Source of the DNA: Nitrosopumilus sp.
GTDB lineage: Archaea > Thermoproteota > Nitrososphaeria > Nitrososphaerales > Nitrosopumilaceae
Reading direction: 5' to 3'
Length of the DNA stretch: 64,000 nucleotides
Assembly: GCA_965223425.1 (NCBI GenBank)
Contig: OZ245003.1
Span: 128,001 to 192,000 of the forward strand
A program made the position numbers and the translations under genes. Positions 40,669 through 51,340 of the stretch are shown here, piece by piece. Numbering within the stretch: position 1 is the first letter of the stretch; each line of letters starts with the position of its first letter. Under the pieces are notes generated by a model. The model was not told the origin of the DNA. It saw only the letters and a list, made by a program, of their open reading frames with translations, and made no database searches.

Positions 40669-40670
40669 CA

Positions 40671-41099
40671 TCATCTTTCTAAAATATCGACAGATACGGA
40701 TCCCATCACATTTCCGTTTGGATTGATAGTAATTGAAATTTCCTGCATTTCTGAAATCAAAACGGTTTTTTGTCCATCATATTCCCACGTGAAATATTCA
40801 GATGCCCCAGCTTGATGCTTGGTGCCCTCAAGTTTAAAATCTTCAGAAAAATCAAATCTTTCTCCGTTCAGTATTATTGACAATGTGTTTGGGCTACTGC
40901 CATTTGGCACAAATCTAAAATAATATTCTCCTTTGTCCACAGTAAATACATCAGTATATACTCCGTTAACATACAAATCAGGTTCTGCAAGAGTTATGTG
41001 AAATACTACATTGTTCTCTCTCTCTGATGGGTCTGATGAAAAAACTACTAAAATTGCAACTATGCCGATTATTGGAATTAACATAATTTTTTTGTCCAT
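40671..41099 (-). CDS. Membrane-anchored hypothetical protein
   Basis: N-terminal TM, beta-rich domain. Confidence 0.7.
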   Translation of the reverse strand: MDKKIMLIPIIGIVAILVVFSSDPSERENNVVFHITLAEPDLYVNGVYTDVFTVDKGEYYFRFVPNGSSPNTLSIILNGERFDFSEDFKLEGTKHQAGASEYFTWEYDGQKTVLISEMQEISITINPNGNVMGSVSVDILER

Positions 41100-41248
41100 T
41101 TACACAAGTTCCAAATTCCATTATAAAAATAAATTTCTAATTTAATTTAGAACTAAGCATTAAAAATATTGTTTTTCTCCAATCTTTACAGTTGATACTT
41201 CTAATTTCTTAAGATGCCCTAATGCTCATGAATCATTAATTAAATTCA

Positions 41249-41638
41249 TTAATTTTTCATTTTTAACATATTAGGTGTAGTGACTGCCTCTTCAAAATCA
41301 TAAAGTTTTATCACTCCATTTCTAACATTTTCAGATTCAATTTTTTTATTATGTGCAAAATCATCTCTGATTTCTCTGGTCTCATCAAGCTTTTGTTGAA
41401 TTTTTACTCTTGCACTTTCATCAATTTTATTTTTAAAATCTATATGATGTTTCATTATTCTAGATAACCAAACAATTTTTGTACCAAATGATGCGGTTTG
41501 ATCTTCATCAAACACTGTTTTTGCCCATAAGGGAAAATCATTTTTATATAGTAAAAATAAAACTGGCATAATTACAATAAGTGTAGAATCTAACACTGCT
41601 ACGCAGCTTAAGAAATTTCTCTGAATTCTGTTAACCAA
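41249..41638 (-). pseudogene. Degenerate AT-rich ORF, possibly HEPN-like (RDDFAH)
   Basis: RxxxxH motif; ragged start. Confidence 0.3.
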
Positions 41639-41950
41639 GTTAACATATTCTTTGTCTGTGGATTTTTTAGATCTTCAGGTAAATCAAAACCAGATGGTTC
41701 GCCCATGAATTCATCTCTAAAAAAATACCTGAATAGATTTTTCAGTCAATTATAGTGTTAAAATGACAAAATGTCCCCTTTGTGGAGCCATTAGATGATG
41801 ATGATACATCTCTTCTGCAGCCTCATATTCAAAAAATTTACCCTTAAAGAAAAATATCATTCCTGAAGCCTAAATTTTGTTAGTTAAATTTTATGTACTG
41901 TAAACCAATCTTTACACTTGAAATTAAGTACGTATTTTAAAATTAAACTC

Positions 41951-42592
41951 ATGCCTAATTTACATAATAAATGGTCAAAACAACCACGACCAGGCATTGG
42001 TGAAAAAATTAATGATACTCTCAAGCCTAAAGGTCCTTTAAAACCAAGAGTACAGGAAGGAATTAAAAAATTACAATTACAAATTAAAAAATTAGATTCA
42101 ATGTTGACCAATTTACAAGAACGTGATGCAAAACTATTTCAACGAATTGTAGAGGCTACACAAAAACATGATACTCAAACCAGTAAAGTTCTTGGTAATG
42201 AATTAGCAGAAGTAAGAAAAGTTACAAAAATTTTGAGCAGTGCTAGAATAGCATTAGAACAGATTGAATTACGATTAACTACTTGTAGTGATCTTGGAGA
42301 TACTGTAGTTGCAATCATGCCAACTATGGGGCTGATGAAGAATCTAAAATCTTCTCTTGGTAAGATAATGCCTGGAGCAGAACAAGAAATCGGTCAAATG
42401 GCAGAAATGCTTGGAGGATTTATGACAGAAAGTTTCTCAGGAGACTCAGCATTTGGAGTTGATGAAACTACCAATTCAGAATCTGAAGCAATTCTTAAAG
42501 AAGCTGCCGCTGTTGCAGAAAGTTCTGCAGGCCAAATGTTTCCTTCAGTTCCAACAGAGACACAAGAAGCAACTACTGCAAAATTTCTATAA
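41951..42592 (+). CDS. ESCRT-III/Snf7-family protein, CdvB paralog
   Basis: NELAEVRK, ALEQIELRL, ILKEAAAVAE...FPSVP. Confidence 0.88.
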   Translation: MPNLHNKWSKQPRPGIGEKINDTLKPKGPLKPRVQEGIKKLQLQIKKLDSMLTNLQERDAKLFQRIVEATQKHDTQTSKVLGNELAEVRKVTKILSSARIALEQIELRLTTCSDLGDTVVAIMPTMGLMKNLKSSLGKIMPGAEQEIGQMAEMLGGFMTESFSGDSAFGVDETTNSESEAILKEAAAVAESSAGQMFPSVPTETQEATTAKFL

Positions 42593-42601
42593 TTCTAAAA
42601 T

Positions 42602-43075
42602 TTAATCGCCAAGGGGCTCTCTGGATTCTCTAATTTTCTTTACTCTGTTGCCTTCATCATCAATAACTCTGTCAACTCCCGAAAGTTTTTCTTTTAAATT
42701 GTTGATAATTGTCCCTACTTCATCAGCTTCATTTTCTACCTGTTTTCTTTTACTTGCAAGTTCTTGAATTCCTCTGTTTTCTTCATCTATGTACTCACTA
42801 ACTTTTTGTAACTTCTCCTTGAGATTTTTAATATCTACTGATTCCTCTTCGATATCTTTTTCAAGTAAAGTTCTCTTATCTTTGAGATTTTTAATCATTA
42901 AACCAACATAATCAATTGCCTCCTCTAATTTTGCACGTTTTCCCATCAACTCTCCAATCCCAATCTCACTTGCAGATTCAATTGAAGTAGATTCTGTAGA
43001 TTCCGAATTGACGTTTTCTTCAGTTTTCTCTTCTACTCTTTCTCCACCTTCTCCTTTTTTGAATTTATCAAACAT
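42602..43075 (-). CDS. Coiled-coil hypothetical protein
   Basis: Long heptad pattern. Confidence 0.7.
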   Translation of the reverse strand: MFDKFKKGEGGERVEEKTEENVNSESTESTSIESASEIGIGELMGKRAKLEEAIDYVGLMIKNLKDKRTLLEKDIEEESVDIKNLKEKLQKVSEYIDEENRGIQELASKRKQVENEADEVGTIINNLKEKLSGVDRVIDDEGNRVKKIRESREPLGD

Positions 43076-43325
43076 TTTATGATTTTCTTTTCAAATTGGG
43101 AATAAAAAGTTATTATGAATCTCAAAGCTGACCTTGTGAATAATTTTTAGTCAATTAAAGAAAAAATGGTGATTATCTCACCGATATTGAATTTCTGACT
43201 TCTTCGATAAGGCCTTTGGTCTTTCTGAATACATGGTCAATTCTCCAAACTGCAAAATTTTGATATCTTGATCTACCCAGGATCGATTTTTTGGAAAATT
43301 CTGGTATCTTTTTGACTGAAACGCA

Positions 43326-43351
43326 TGTTCCGCTTTGTGTTCCGCTTTAAA
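43326..43351 (+). promoter_or_regulatory. Tandem TGTTCCGCTTT repeat abutting a TTTAAA box
   Basis: Copies at 43326-43336 and 43338-43348 upstream of a wHTH gene. Confidence 0.5.
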
Positions 43352-43395
43352 GTTTCAAAATGTCCCTCATAAAGCTAATAGTCGTACACCAAGAC

Positions 43396-43683
43396 ATGTC
43401 AAAACAACAATACAGGTCCGAAATGGGCATAATGGGTGATATCTTAGACGTTACCGCCGACGGCGGTCGTGATGGAATCATTGTATCTGCAATCTCTCGT
43501 AAAGCCAACCTATCTCACTATGCAGTACTAGACAAATGTGAGAAACTGGTAGAAGCAGGCTTGGTCGAATCCGTCAAAAATGACAGGAACAGAGTCTTTT
43601 TGATAACTGAAAAAGGACTACAATTTTTTCAGGAATTCAAAAGATTCCAGGGACTAGTAGAAAGCATGAATCTAAGGTATTGA
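43396..43683 (+). CDS. Winged-helix transcriptional regulator
   Basis: YRSEMGIMGDIL...ANLS...LITEKG. Confidence 0.85.
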   Translation: MSKQQYRSEMGIMGDILDVTADGGRDGIIVSAISRKANLSHYAVLDKCEKLVEAGLVESVKNDRNRVFLITEKGLQFFQEFKRFQGLVESMNLRY

Positions 43684-43687
43684 GCAA

Positions 43688-44737
43688 ATGAACTCTCAAA
43701 TCGTACCAATTCATAGGAAAGAGTCTCTTCGGGAGGATGGAATGCTTTTTGTAAGGACTGATGGTATCCTCGAAACAATGGTTAAGGCCCCTTTGATAAT
43801 TACCGGCTTGATTGTTGTTGCGCTAACAATGCCAATACAGCCTTCGTTCAGCTCCACTCGAACTCTTGATCTTACCCTCTACTCAGATGGGTCAGTGCAT
43901 GTCTCTACTCAACTAGACGTGAATCCACTAGAGCCTGATTTTGAAGTTAGCCTATTTGGTCCATCTGTTGACAACTTTGTCGCAGTTGGTGAAAATGGCT
44001 TTTTGTTATCTAGCGAAATAATCGGTGATAAAGTAACTGTGGACACTTTTGGTTCTTCATCTATTACAATTGATTATGATGTCCATGACTTGATTTCAAA
44101 AGAAGGAAGAATCTGGACTTTTTCTCTTGATTCACAAAATGATTATTCGTTATTAATGCCGCCAAACTCTATTATCGTTGGTATGAGTGCATTTCCATCA
44201 AACATGGAGTTGGTTAATGATCAAACAAAATTAGACTTGGGCACTGGCATGTCCGAAATTAATTACGTCTTTGGTAACACAAACCCATCAACCACAAACC
44301 CATCAACCACAAACCCATCAACCACAAACCCTGTGCAAACAACTATTGATATTTCTACAATTGCTATAATTGGCGGTTCTGTTGCAGCAGCTACAGCTGG
44401 GGCAATAATTACCCTTAAAAGAAAACAAACAAAATCTTCATCTGTTTTAGAAACTGAATCTAGTTCTCAATCTCAAACAACTATTGATTCTCTTGACACT
44501 GAAACTATTTTCAATCTACGACCGGAAATGCGTGAGGATGACAAAGAAATTGTTAAATTTATTTATGAAAATGGTGGACAAGCTTTGGAAAGTGAATTAA
44601 GAAAGAAATTCCTTCAACCTAGAACTACAATGTGGAGAGCAGTAAAACGGTTAGAACGACAAGGAATAATTGAAATTTCCAAAAAAGACTTGCACAACCT
44701 GGTTAAATTGAAGAAAGAACTGGAGGAAGAAGAATGA
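43688..44737 (+). CDS. Membrane protein with extracellular domain and C-terminal HTH
   Basis: TNPST x3 linker, TM, PRTTMWRAVKRLERQG. Confidence 0.8.
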   Translation: MNSQIVPIHRKESLREDGMLFVRTDGILETMVKAPLIITGLIVVALTMPIQPSFSSTRTLDLTLYSDGSVHVSTQLDVNPLEPDFEVSLFGPSVDNFVAVGENGFLLSSEIIGDKVTVDTFGSSSITIDYDVHDLISKEGRIWTFSLDSQNDYSLLMPPNSIIVGMSAFPSNMELVNDQTKLDLGTGMSEINYVFGNTNPSTTNPSTTNPSTTNPVQTTIDISTIAIIGGSVAAATAGAIITLKRKQTKSSSVLETESSSQSQTTIDSLDTETIFNLRPEMREDDKEIVKFIYENGGQALESELRKKFLQPRTTMWRAVKRLERQGIIEISKKDLHNLVKLKKELEEEE

Positions 44738-45759
44738 AAACTATCACAACTTTTGGCCTATTGATCTTAGTTGCCAGTATGGCACTTGGAGGCATGACTA
44801 GTAATGTTTCTGCTCAAGATGATCCTGCTGTTCTTCTAAAGATCGCAAAACGTGCACAAGAACAAGTCCATAATCAAATTTCCAATGACTCTTCAGATAA
44901 AGTAAAGGGTTTGTTTGAAGAGGGAACCCAAAAAGTCAATGCTTTGGAAAAAGCACTTGGGAACGGTGATGTTGACTCTGCAAAGGAAAACTTTCTTTCT
45001 GCTATGAAGATTTTCAAAGAAATTTTTAGACATTTAGCAACATCATCTGATAATGTATCTACTGAAGAATCCGTTCCAAGTGATTCCATTTCTGTAGAAA
45101 CCAATGTTAAAGATCCATCAAATGATCTTCAAAGATTACAAGGATATGTTGATAATCTAAAAACAATTGCTATAAAACATAATGTTCCAGTTGATTTTTC
45201 TGAATTAGATGAATTGTTTGTTAAAGCAAGACAACAGATAAGCGATCATCAATTTGCTTTGGCATTGGAAACACTTTATGAAATTAAAGAGATTACTGTA
45301 GAAATAGACAAAGAGCTTCGTGAAGAAGCCTTAAAACAAGAATCTCAACGCGCTAAAGATTACGCTCAAAAATATCTAGAACAGCTTGATCGATTAATAG
45401 AACACGCTAAAAAACAGGGCGTTGCTGACGAAATTATAGAACAACTAGAAACAGCCAAAGAAAATCTTTCTTCAGCAGATAATCCACGTGAGATTGTTAA
45501 GGAAATCAGGAAAATCATGTCACTTAAGGATCAATTTGAATTAACAAAAAATGACGGACTTGAATCTAGAGTTTTACAAGTTGAAAAAACATTATCAGAG
45601 TTATCTCAAACAGATGGAGTAGATCCGGATGATCTGGCAGATGCCGAAGAAACACTTCAAAGTATCAAACGCTATCTAACAGAAGGCGAATTTGATACAG
45701 CTAATCAACTTTTGATATATCTGGAAAACCAATTACAAGAAACTAAAAATTCTCTCTAA
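44734..45759 (+). CDS. Secreted alpha-helical protein
   Basis: Signal peptide, helical repeats. Confidence 0.7.
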   Translation: MKTITTFGLLILVASMALGGMTSNVSAQDDPAVLLKIAKRAQEQVHNQISNDSSDKVKGLFEEGTQKVNALEKALGNGDVDSAKENFLSAMKIFKEIFRHLATSSDNVSTEESVPSDSISVETNVKDPSNDLQRLQGYVDNLKTIAIKHNVPVDFSELDELFVKARQQISDHQFALALETLYEIKEITVEIDKELREEALKQESQRAKDYAQKYLEQLDRLIEHAKKQGVADEIIEQLETAKENLSSADNPREIVKEIRKIMSLKDQFELTKNDGLESRVLQVEKTLSELSQTDGVDPDDLADAEETLQSIKRYLTEGEFDTANQLLIYLENQLQETKNSL

Positions 45760-45798
45760 TGTGTTATCATAAACTTCATATACATTTTCTAAACAGCA

Positions 45799-45999
45799 TT
45801 GAACATGGCATCTAAGGCAATTGTAGTTGGAGTTGCGATTCCAATGATTATAGTGGGTGGCTTGATGGCTTGGTTATGGGCTCCAATGGAAGAAGATCTT
45901 CAAAATCAAGTAGAATTAGTTGGAAGCACCATCGGTATATTGGGAATAGTGTTCTTTATCACGGGATTGTTCTATTCAAAAGAACCTGTAATGCATTAG
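45799..45999 (+). CDS. Small membrane protein
   Basis: Two TMs. Confidence 0.65.
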   Translation: MNMASKAIVVGVAIPMIIVGGLMAWLWAPMEEDLQNQVELVGSTIGILGIVFFITGLFYSKEPVMH

Positions 46000-46040
46000 A
46001 AACTCATTGAATAAATAATGAAAAAAACTACTATTATCAC

Positions 46041-46754
46041 TTGAAAGTAAGACTATTTGAGATATTTACATCCGTCGAAGGTGAAGGCATCCTATATGGA
46101 ACAAAGACTCTCTTTGTAAGACTAGCCGGATGTCCCTTCACCTGTTTTTATTGTGACACCAAAGAATCCCTTCCACTTGATTCCGGTACAGAATATTCAA
46201 TTGAAGAAGCAAATCAACTGATTGATTCTAATCTCAAAAACCAAACCTACAAAGTTAATTTTACCGGTGGTGATCCATTAATTCAACACGAAGCCGTAGC
46301 TTTACTTGCCAAGCACATACAAGACAAAAAAATTCCTACATATCTCGAGTCATCATGTTTTGATATTGATAGATTTAATCATGTTTTACCATTTATTGAT
46401 ATTGTAAAGATTGAGTTTAAAACAAAAGACTCTGATTTTGTAGACTCTGAACATTATAAAAAATTAATTGATCATACTATGAAATGTCTTGAATCCTCTG
46501 TAAAGACAGAGAAAACAACTTATATCAAAATTGTAGTTAGCTCAAAAACTCAATTAAACGAATTTAAAAAATTGATAAATCAAATTTTTGACGTTGTTTC
46601 TAAAGATCAAATTGATGGATTTATTATACAACCCACTTATGGCATCTCTGAACCATCATTGGATCTTTTGTTAAGTTTGTATGATATAGTGTATCCGTAT
46701 TATGTTGATGTCAAAGTAGTTCCACAATTACACAAATTCATTGGAGCACCATAA
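46041..46754 (+). CDS. queE: 7-carboxy-7-deazaguanine synthase (radical SAM)
   Basis: EGEG, CPFTCFYCDT, TGGDP, PQLHK. Confidence 0.93.
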   Translation: MKVRLFEIFTSVEGEGILYGTKTLFVRLAGCPFTCFYCDTKESLPLDSGTEYSIEEANQLIDSNLKNQTYKVNFTGGDPLIQHEAVALLAKHIQDKKIPTYLESSCFDIDRFNHVLPFIDIVKIEFKTKDSDFVDSEHYKKLIDHTMKCLESSVKTEKTTYIKIVVSSKTQLNEFKKLINQIFDVVSKDQIDGFIIQPTYGISEPSLDLLLSLYDIVYPYYVDVKVVPQLHKFIGAP

Positions 46755-47589
46755 CATTGCCACCTGCCTAAACCTGTCTAGATACCAGTTTCCGACATGT
46801 TTTTTTATTGACGTGACATTTTTTAGATTATGAAAGGAGGTTCCAACATACGATATGAGATAATACCTGCATTTGAAGAGTCCAAAAACTACAATGTACA
46901 CATCACAGAAAGCTACAGTCAAATTCTTTGTCGTCTACAGCAAAAGGGAAATGTGTTTAGCCCACAAGAATTTTGTGACAGAAATCAGGATCTCTTCTCA
47001 GCAGGTAAAAGATCAAAAGAGAGTTTTAGATCTGCCGGGTTCTGAGTGATGAGGGAAAAGAAATGTATCTGAATGCAAGTAATACGAAAATATCCAAAAA
47101 TGAAGAGATAAAAGAGAATGCCATAAAAAAACAAATGAAAGAATACAGGATTAACAGAAACACAGCAATTCTAAACCTCAGAAAATGGCGACCTGATGTT
47201 TTTTAAATTACTGTCTAGTAACTGAACTGTAAAGTTATGAAAAAAACTAGTTTCCTAAAGTGCAGATCCGACATCCCGTTTGATCCAAGCTGCCGTCTTC
47301 AAGCCCGACCCCGGTGAACAACCCGACAATGACGGCAATTACTGGAGGACCATAATGGGTCTTTTGGATGCCGTAAGCGAGATGAAATCCCAGATTGATT
47401 CCATGAAAAAAGACAATCACAAAAAACTAGAGTTCTGCTGCGTTGGCTGCAGTAGTCCACGAGATGCAAGAGTGTCCTGCCTGCGGCTCCCAGCTGAGGA
47501 GAATTTACGAGCCTGCCTGACACGCTGTTAAGACCTGCCGGTTCCCAGAAAATGAAAAAAATATTAGTGGATTTTTAATTCAACAAGCA

Positions 47590-47913
47590 ATGGAGCCTGA
47601 CTATTCCGGCATGGCAACTGACTTGTTAAACGCAGGAATGGGCGATGTCGGCAGATTAAAGTTCATTATTGAATGCATCAAAAATCAAAAGCCGTTATAC
47701 AATACAGACAAGTCATACCTGACACGAAAATACCAGGAACTTGAAACAAAACTAGAGGCATTATCAGGCAAGAAAAAACCCAAGACCATAATATCTGAAA
47801 ATGAGTCAGATAAGATTGTAGACCAGGCACTGTCCAGAGAAAATCAACCGGAGACAGCCATGCCCCCAAGCAAACAAAGATCATTTCTTAGAAGACTGTT
47901 TGGCAGAAGATGA
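47590..47913 (+). CDS. Hypothetical protein
   Basis: GDVGRLKFI...KPLYNTDKSYL. Confidence 0.6.
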   Translation: MEPDYSGMATDLLNAGMGDVGRLKFIIECIKNQKPLYNTDKSYLTRKYQELETKLEALSGKKKPKTIISENESDKIVDQALSRENQPETAMPPSKQRSFLRRLFGRR

Positions 47914-48436
47914 CAAAAAAGCCTGTCAACAAAAAGATTCAAGCGGTTTTTCTTCTAAATGTTCACAAATCTGTTTTTTACAATCATCTAGTCTGTTGTA
48001 TAACCACACCTAAACTAGTAAAAACAACGAGAATTTTTGTACTTGAAATTGAAGTTATGCAACAGACTATGACTCAGGATCACTTTTTAAATCATGCATT
48101 CATACAAAAAAATAGTAGGCTAGAAGCACAAATAACCAATAGTGCCAGATTTTGTCAGTTTTCAAGTCATTTGATGCCTCTACTAAGATGATTCAGGATT
48201 CTGTCCTTGCCAAAGTCTTCTTAAAATTTAAAATCATTCATTTGAAATTCCCTAGCCCATTCCATTAAAGTTTAATTGAGATGTAGGCCCTCTGCATTTG
48301 AATTTGATTTGAATTAACTTCATTCGAGTTTAATTTTAATTTAATTGAAGATGTGCCGCCCGCCCCTCTCCCCCAAGATTCTGATTTGATTTGATTTTTT
48401 AATTTTAAAGGAGCGCGCATGGCAGAAACGCAATGG

Positions 48437-49070
48437 TGTAATATACCAAAATCATTTCGCCTAGTCATGCAGGTTCTCCTCCATCCATTTTGGGTCACTT
48501 TTCCTGATCGCCTCGGTTGCCTTTTTGTCTGAGAACGCCCTCAGCGGCGTCTGGAGGTTGTAGATGTCAAGCGAGAAGTGCAGCCTTTTCTCGTTGTAGT
48601 ATTGCACATACGCAGACAGACTCTCATAGTGCCATATCTCAGTAGCAATTCGACCTCAAGGCCGTAGGTCTCCACATTTCCCTTTGCCTTTTTTCTGCCG
48701 TTTTGTACCACAAGGCACGGGCCACTGTCAAGCAGTATTGCTGTAGGGGTTCCAAACTTGGCTGTTGCATTTTGAAGAATACCTTACCGCGTTCTCCAAG
48801 ATGACCTGCGTAAACAGCAACTGTGCTGTTGTTTTCCTTCATTGTTTTGTGTGTGGTGCATAGGCGTACATCCTCTGGATGTGCCTTTGTGATACGTGCA
48901 TCTCTTGTACAATTCTGACAGGCAGGCCTGCTCTTTGTGCAGTGTCGTATGATATACTTTATTTTGCTGGTTGTCAGTCTTTTTACCGTTAATTTTTTGG
49001 ATCGGTACAGGATCAGGTATTCCTTTGCAGTACATCTAAAATTAGTGCGACCTAATTTCCGTACAAGACA
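48437..49070 (-). mobile_element. Internally deleted IS481-family remnant
   Basis: TGT-starting ends at 48437 and 49070; decayed N-terminus KRLTTSKIKYIIRH...EMHVSQRHIQRMYA; C-terminus YVQYYNEKRLHFSLD...PKWMEE. Confidence 0.75.
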
Positions 49071-49082
49071 GTGAAAATATGG

Positions 49083-49862
49083 TCACTTCATCACTTTTGA
49101 AACAATTTTGAGTATTTTTTGAGACACGTCAGCAAAAGATGGAGGTTTTTGTTGTAAAAGAGGCTGTAAATCTCGTATCCAAAACTCCTCTTTCTCAACA
49201 ACGCCCTCTTTGAACTCGTCCATATTGAATTCATCCCCATAAACTGACTTGATTTTGGTCCTAACCATACCTGGATTTAGTCTCACATTTTGGTCATCTA
49301 GGAATGAAAGATCATGCAAATGCCTGGGATGTTTAGTATACAAAATGGCCCTAATTTTTTCAGCCATTATCTCTTCTATAGACATGGTGGGAATCTCAAA
49401 GGGGTTAGTAAAAGTATCATAGAAATGCAACACAGGTTTTGTAGAAGTATCTGTAAGAATATCTTTTCGTAAACTCAAATCAACTTTCACACTTGCTACT
49501 CTTCCATTAAATTGAGTATATTTGATTCTGAATTTGAAACTTTCATTTCTTCTTTCTTCATCATCAATTTCTGTAAATTGTACATCTAATCCTTTCATGT
49601 TACCCTTAACAAAATCACGAAATTCCTCTGAAACATCTTCTACACAAGTAAAATCAAGATCCTCAGAAAATCTAAAATTGTCAAAATATATCTTCTTTAG
49701 TGCAGTTCCCCCTTTGAATACCAGAGAATTAAGTTTTGGAAAATTAGCAATTATTGAAAGAAGATTAGTTAATGCATAGTCTTTTTCTAGTGTTCCTAGA
49801 GGCATATTTTGTCTATCTGCTAAACTTCGTAATTGATTTTCTTCCATTAGTAATCCATCCAT
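49083..49862 (-). CDS. abiEii: AbiEii nucleotidyltransferase toxin
   Basis: EKDY, FKGGTAL, RFSEDLDF, AEKIRA. Confidence 0.92.
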   Translation of the reverse strand: MDGLLMEENQLRSLADRQNMPLGTLEKDYALTNLLSIIANFPKLNSLVFKGGTALKKIYFDNFRFSEDLDFTCVEDVSEEFRDFVKGNMKGLDVQFTEIDDEERRNESFKFRIKYTQFNGRVASVKVDLSLRKDILTDTSTKPVLHFYDTFTNPFEIPTMSIEEIMAEKIRAILYTKHPRHLHDLSFLDDQNVRLNPGMVRTKIKSVYGDEFNMDEFKEGVVEKEEFWIRDLQPLLQQKPPSFADVSQKILKIVSKVMK

Positions 49863-50689
49863 CCTAATAATTCTTCTTTAGTTCTGTTAATTATCAATCC
49901 ATAATCATTAGATGATTCAATTTTCTTTTTTACCGTGTTTGGGTCTAAGTATTGATATGGATATCGTTTTATTTTTGTAATAACTGATTTTGAAATAGTA
50001 TTTTCAATTTGTAAAACACCTAACAAATATCCTAATCTTTTTAACACAACATTAACTTCAACTTGCTCTGCCACTTCCAAAACTTTGATCCAATCAATTT
50101 CTTTTCGTACATTCCACATTGCTTTTGTTACTTCAGTAATTCCACCACAGTACTCGGGGTGCATTAAACCATCCACTATTGTTTTTTCTTTACTTGAAAT
50201 ATTGAATTTTGTTTTACCAGATTTGTCTTCTACAAACCCAAAGAATTTTTTCTTTGATAATGTAACAAATTCATATCGTTGATTTCCAAATTCTAATACT
50301 TTATTCTTTTTTCGTTTTGGAGTTGCAACAAAAATTGTATAGAGAATCTGCTCAGTCATTCCCCAGAAATCCATAGCAGTCCAAAATCCAACATAATATT
50401 CGTTAATTAGATGAGGAACTACTGCCCATGCTTCTTCTACCCAATAGCCTTCTACTCCTGCACGTGACGGAATAAGGAGATATTTTCCTCTTTCAATCTG
50501 GCGAATGCGTCCTTTTTGCTTTAATCCACTGACTACCAGTTTTGTTGCTGTTGCTCCTGATCCTAGTATTTTTCTGGCATCACCTATAGTGAAAGCACTG
50601 AAATTCTCCTCCTCTAGTGTGAAAAGGAGTTTTATCTCCTGAGGACCAAGTTTTATATTTTGTGTAACCATAGTATCTTCTAAAGACAT
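49847..50689 (-). CDS. abiEi: AbiEi-family antitoxin (start 50689 or 50671)
   Basis: YYVGFWTAM..WGMTEQ, SSKEKTIVDGL..PEYCGG, KRLGY. Confidence 0.87.
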   Translation of the reverse strand: MSLEDTMVTQNIKLGPQEIKLLFTLEEENFSAFTIGDARKILGSGATATKLVVSGLKQKGRIRQIERGKYLLIPSRAGVEGYWVEEAWAVVPHLINEYYVGFWTAMDFWGMTEQILYTIFVATPKRKKNKVLEFGNQRYEFVTLSKKKFFGFVEDKSGKTKFNISSKEKTIVDGLMHPEYCGGITEVTKAMWNVRKEIDWIKVLEVAEQVEVNVVLKRLGYLLGVLQIENTISKSVITKIKRYPYQYLDPNTVKKKIESSNDYGLIINRTKEELLGWMDY

Positions 50690-50755
50690 TATGGTAACAT
50701 AAAGTATATATATTTTGTGTAACCATAGTATCTTTATAAGATACCTTAGTGACAT
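50654..50755. promoter_or_regulatory. Duplicated inverted-repeat operator over the abiE promoter/start
   Basis: TATATTTTGTGTAACCATAGTATCTT at 50654-50679 and 50709-50734, each followed by an imperfect inverted copy. Confidence 0.7.
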
Positions 50756-50763
50756 GAAACATT

Positions 50764-51050
50764 GTTACATAGAAATCATCAACCAAACTAAAGAAATCAA
50801 ACACACATCCTGTGACAGTTGCAGGCCAACACACGATAAAGTAATTCTTTTTCCCTCATGGATTCATCATGTGATTTGATTTCAGAGTCAAATCTTCTTT
50901 TTATTACAGAAGATATCGCTTCAGTCTTGTTTCTCTTATGGTACTACAACGTTTCGTCAGATTCTCTTCTCATCAGTCTTCTGTATTTTCCATTTGTATC
51001 TGAAATTAAGTTGTCCTGTATAGTCCAAAAAGTAGTTCACCCCTTCTCCG
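50764..51050 (-). pseudogene. IS5-like DDE transposase C-terminal remnant
   Basis: GKYRRLMRR...YHKRNKTEAISSVIKRRFDSEIKS...KELLYRVLACNCHR. Confidence 0.65.
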
Positions 51051-51083
51051 AGTATGTAAAGTCGATAAAGAACAGGCGCACCG

Positions 51084-51164
51084 TAGTTTGTTGCATAACT
51101 TGGATCCTAGGCACAAAATTTACCCAACTTTTGACTGGCTTGGGCATGTTATGCAACAAACTAG
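51084..51164. mobile_element. ~80-bp MITE, copy 2
   Basis: TAGTTTGTTGCATAAC...GTTATGCAACAAACTAG; about 3 differences from copy 1. Confidence 0.85.
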
Positions 51165-51340
51165 AGTATGTCGACTATTACAACGAGAGGCGGCTCCACT
51201 GGGCACTGGATATTGACAACTATGAAAAGCCGCTTGAGGCGTTTCACAACAAAACGGCTACTGAAGCGATCAGAAAAAGCAACCCAAAATGGATGGAAGA
51301 GGAGGCAGACGTTAGTGAGACCTAATTTTCATATAATACA
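51165..51340 (+). mobile_element. IS481-family C-terminal remnant with right end
   Basis: YVDYYNERRLHWALD...PKWMEE; end TTAGTGAGACCTAATTTTCATATAATACA resembles 49042-49070. Confidence 0.78.

Noticed and set aside
44278-44331. 15-bp tandem repeat
   Set aside because: In-frame TNPST linker
46830-47531. Short ORFs in the accessory block
   Set aside because: No recognisable motifs; probably decayed fragments
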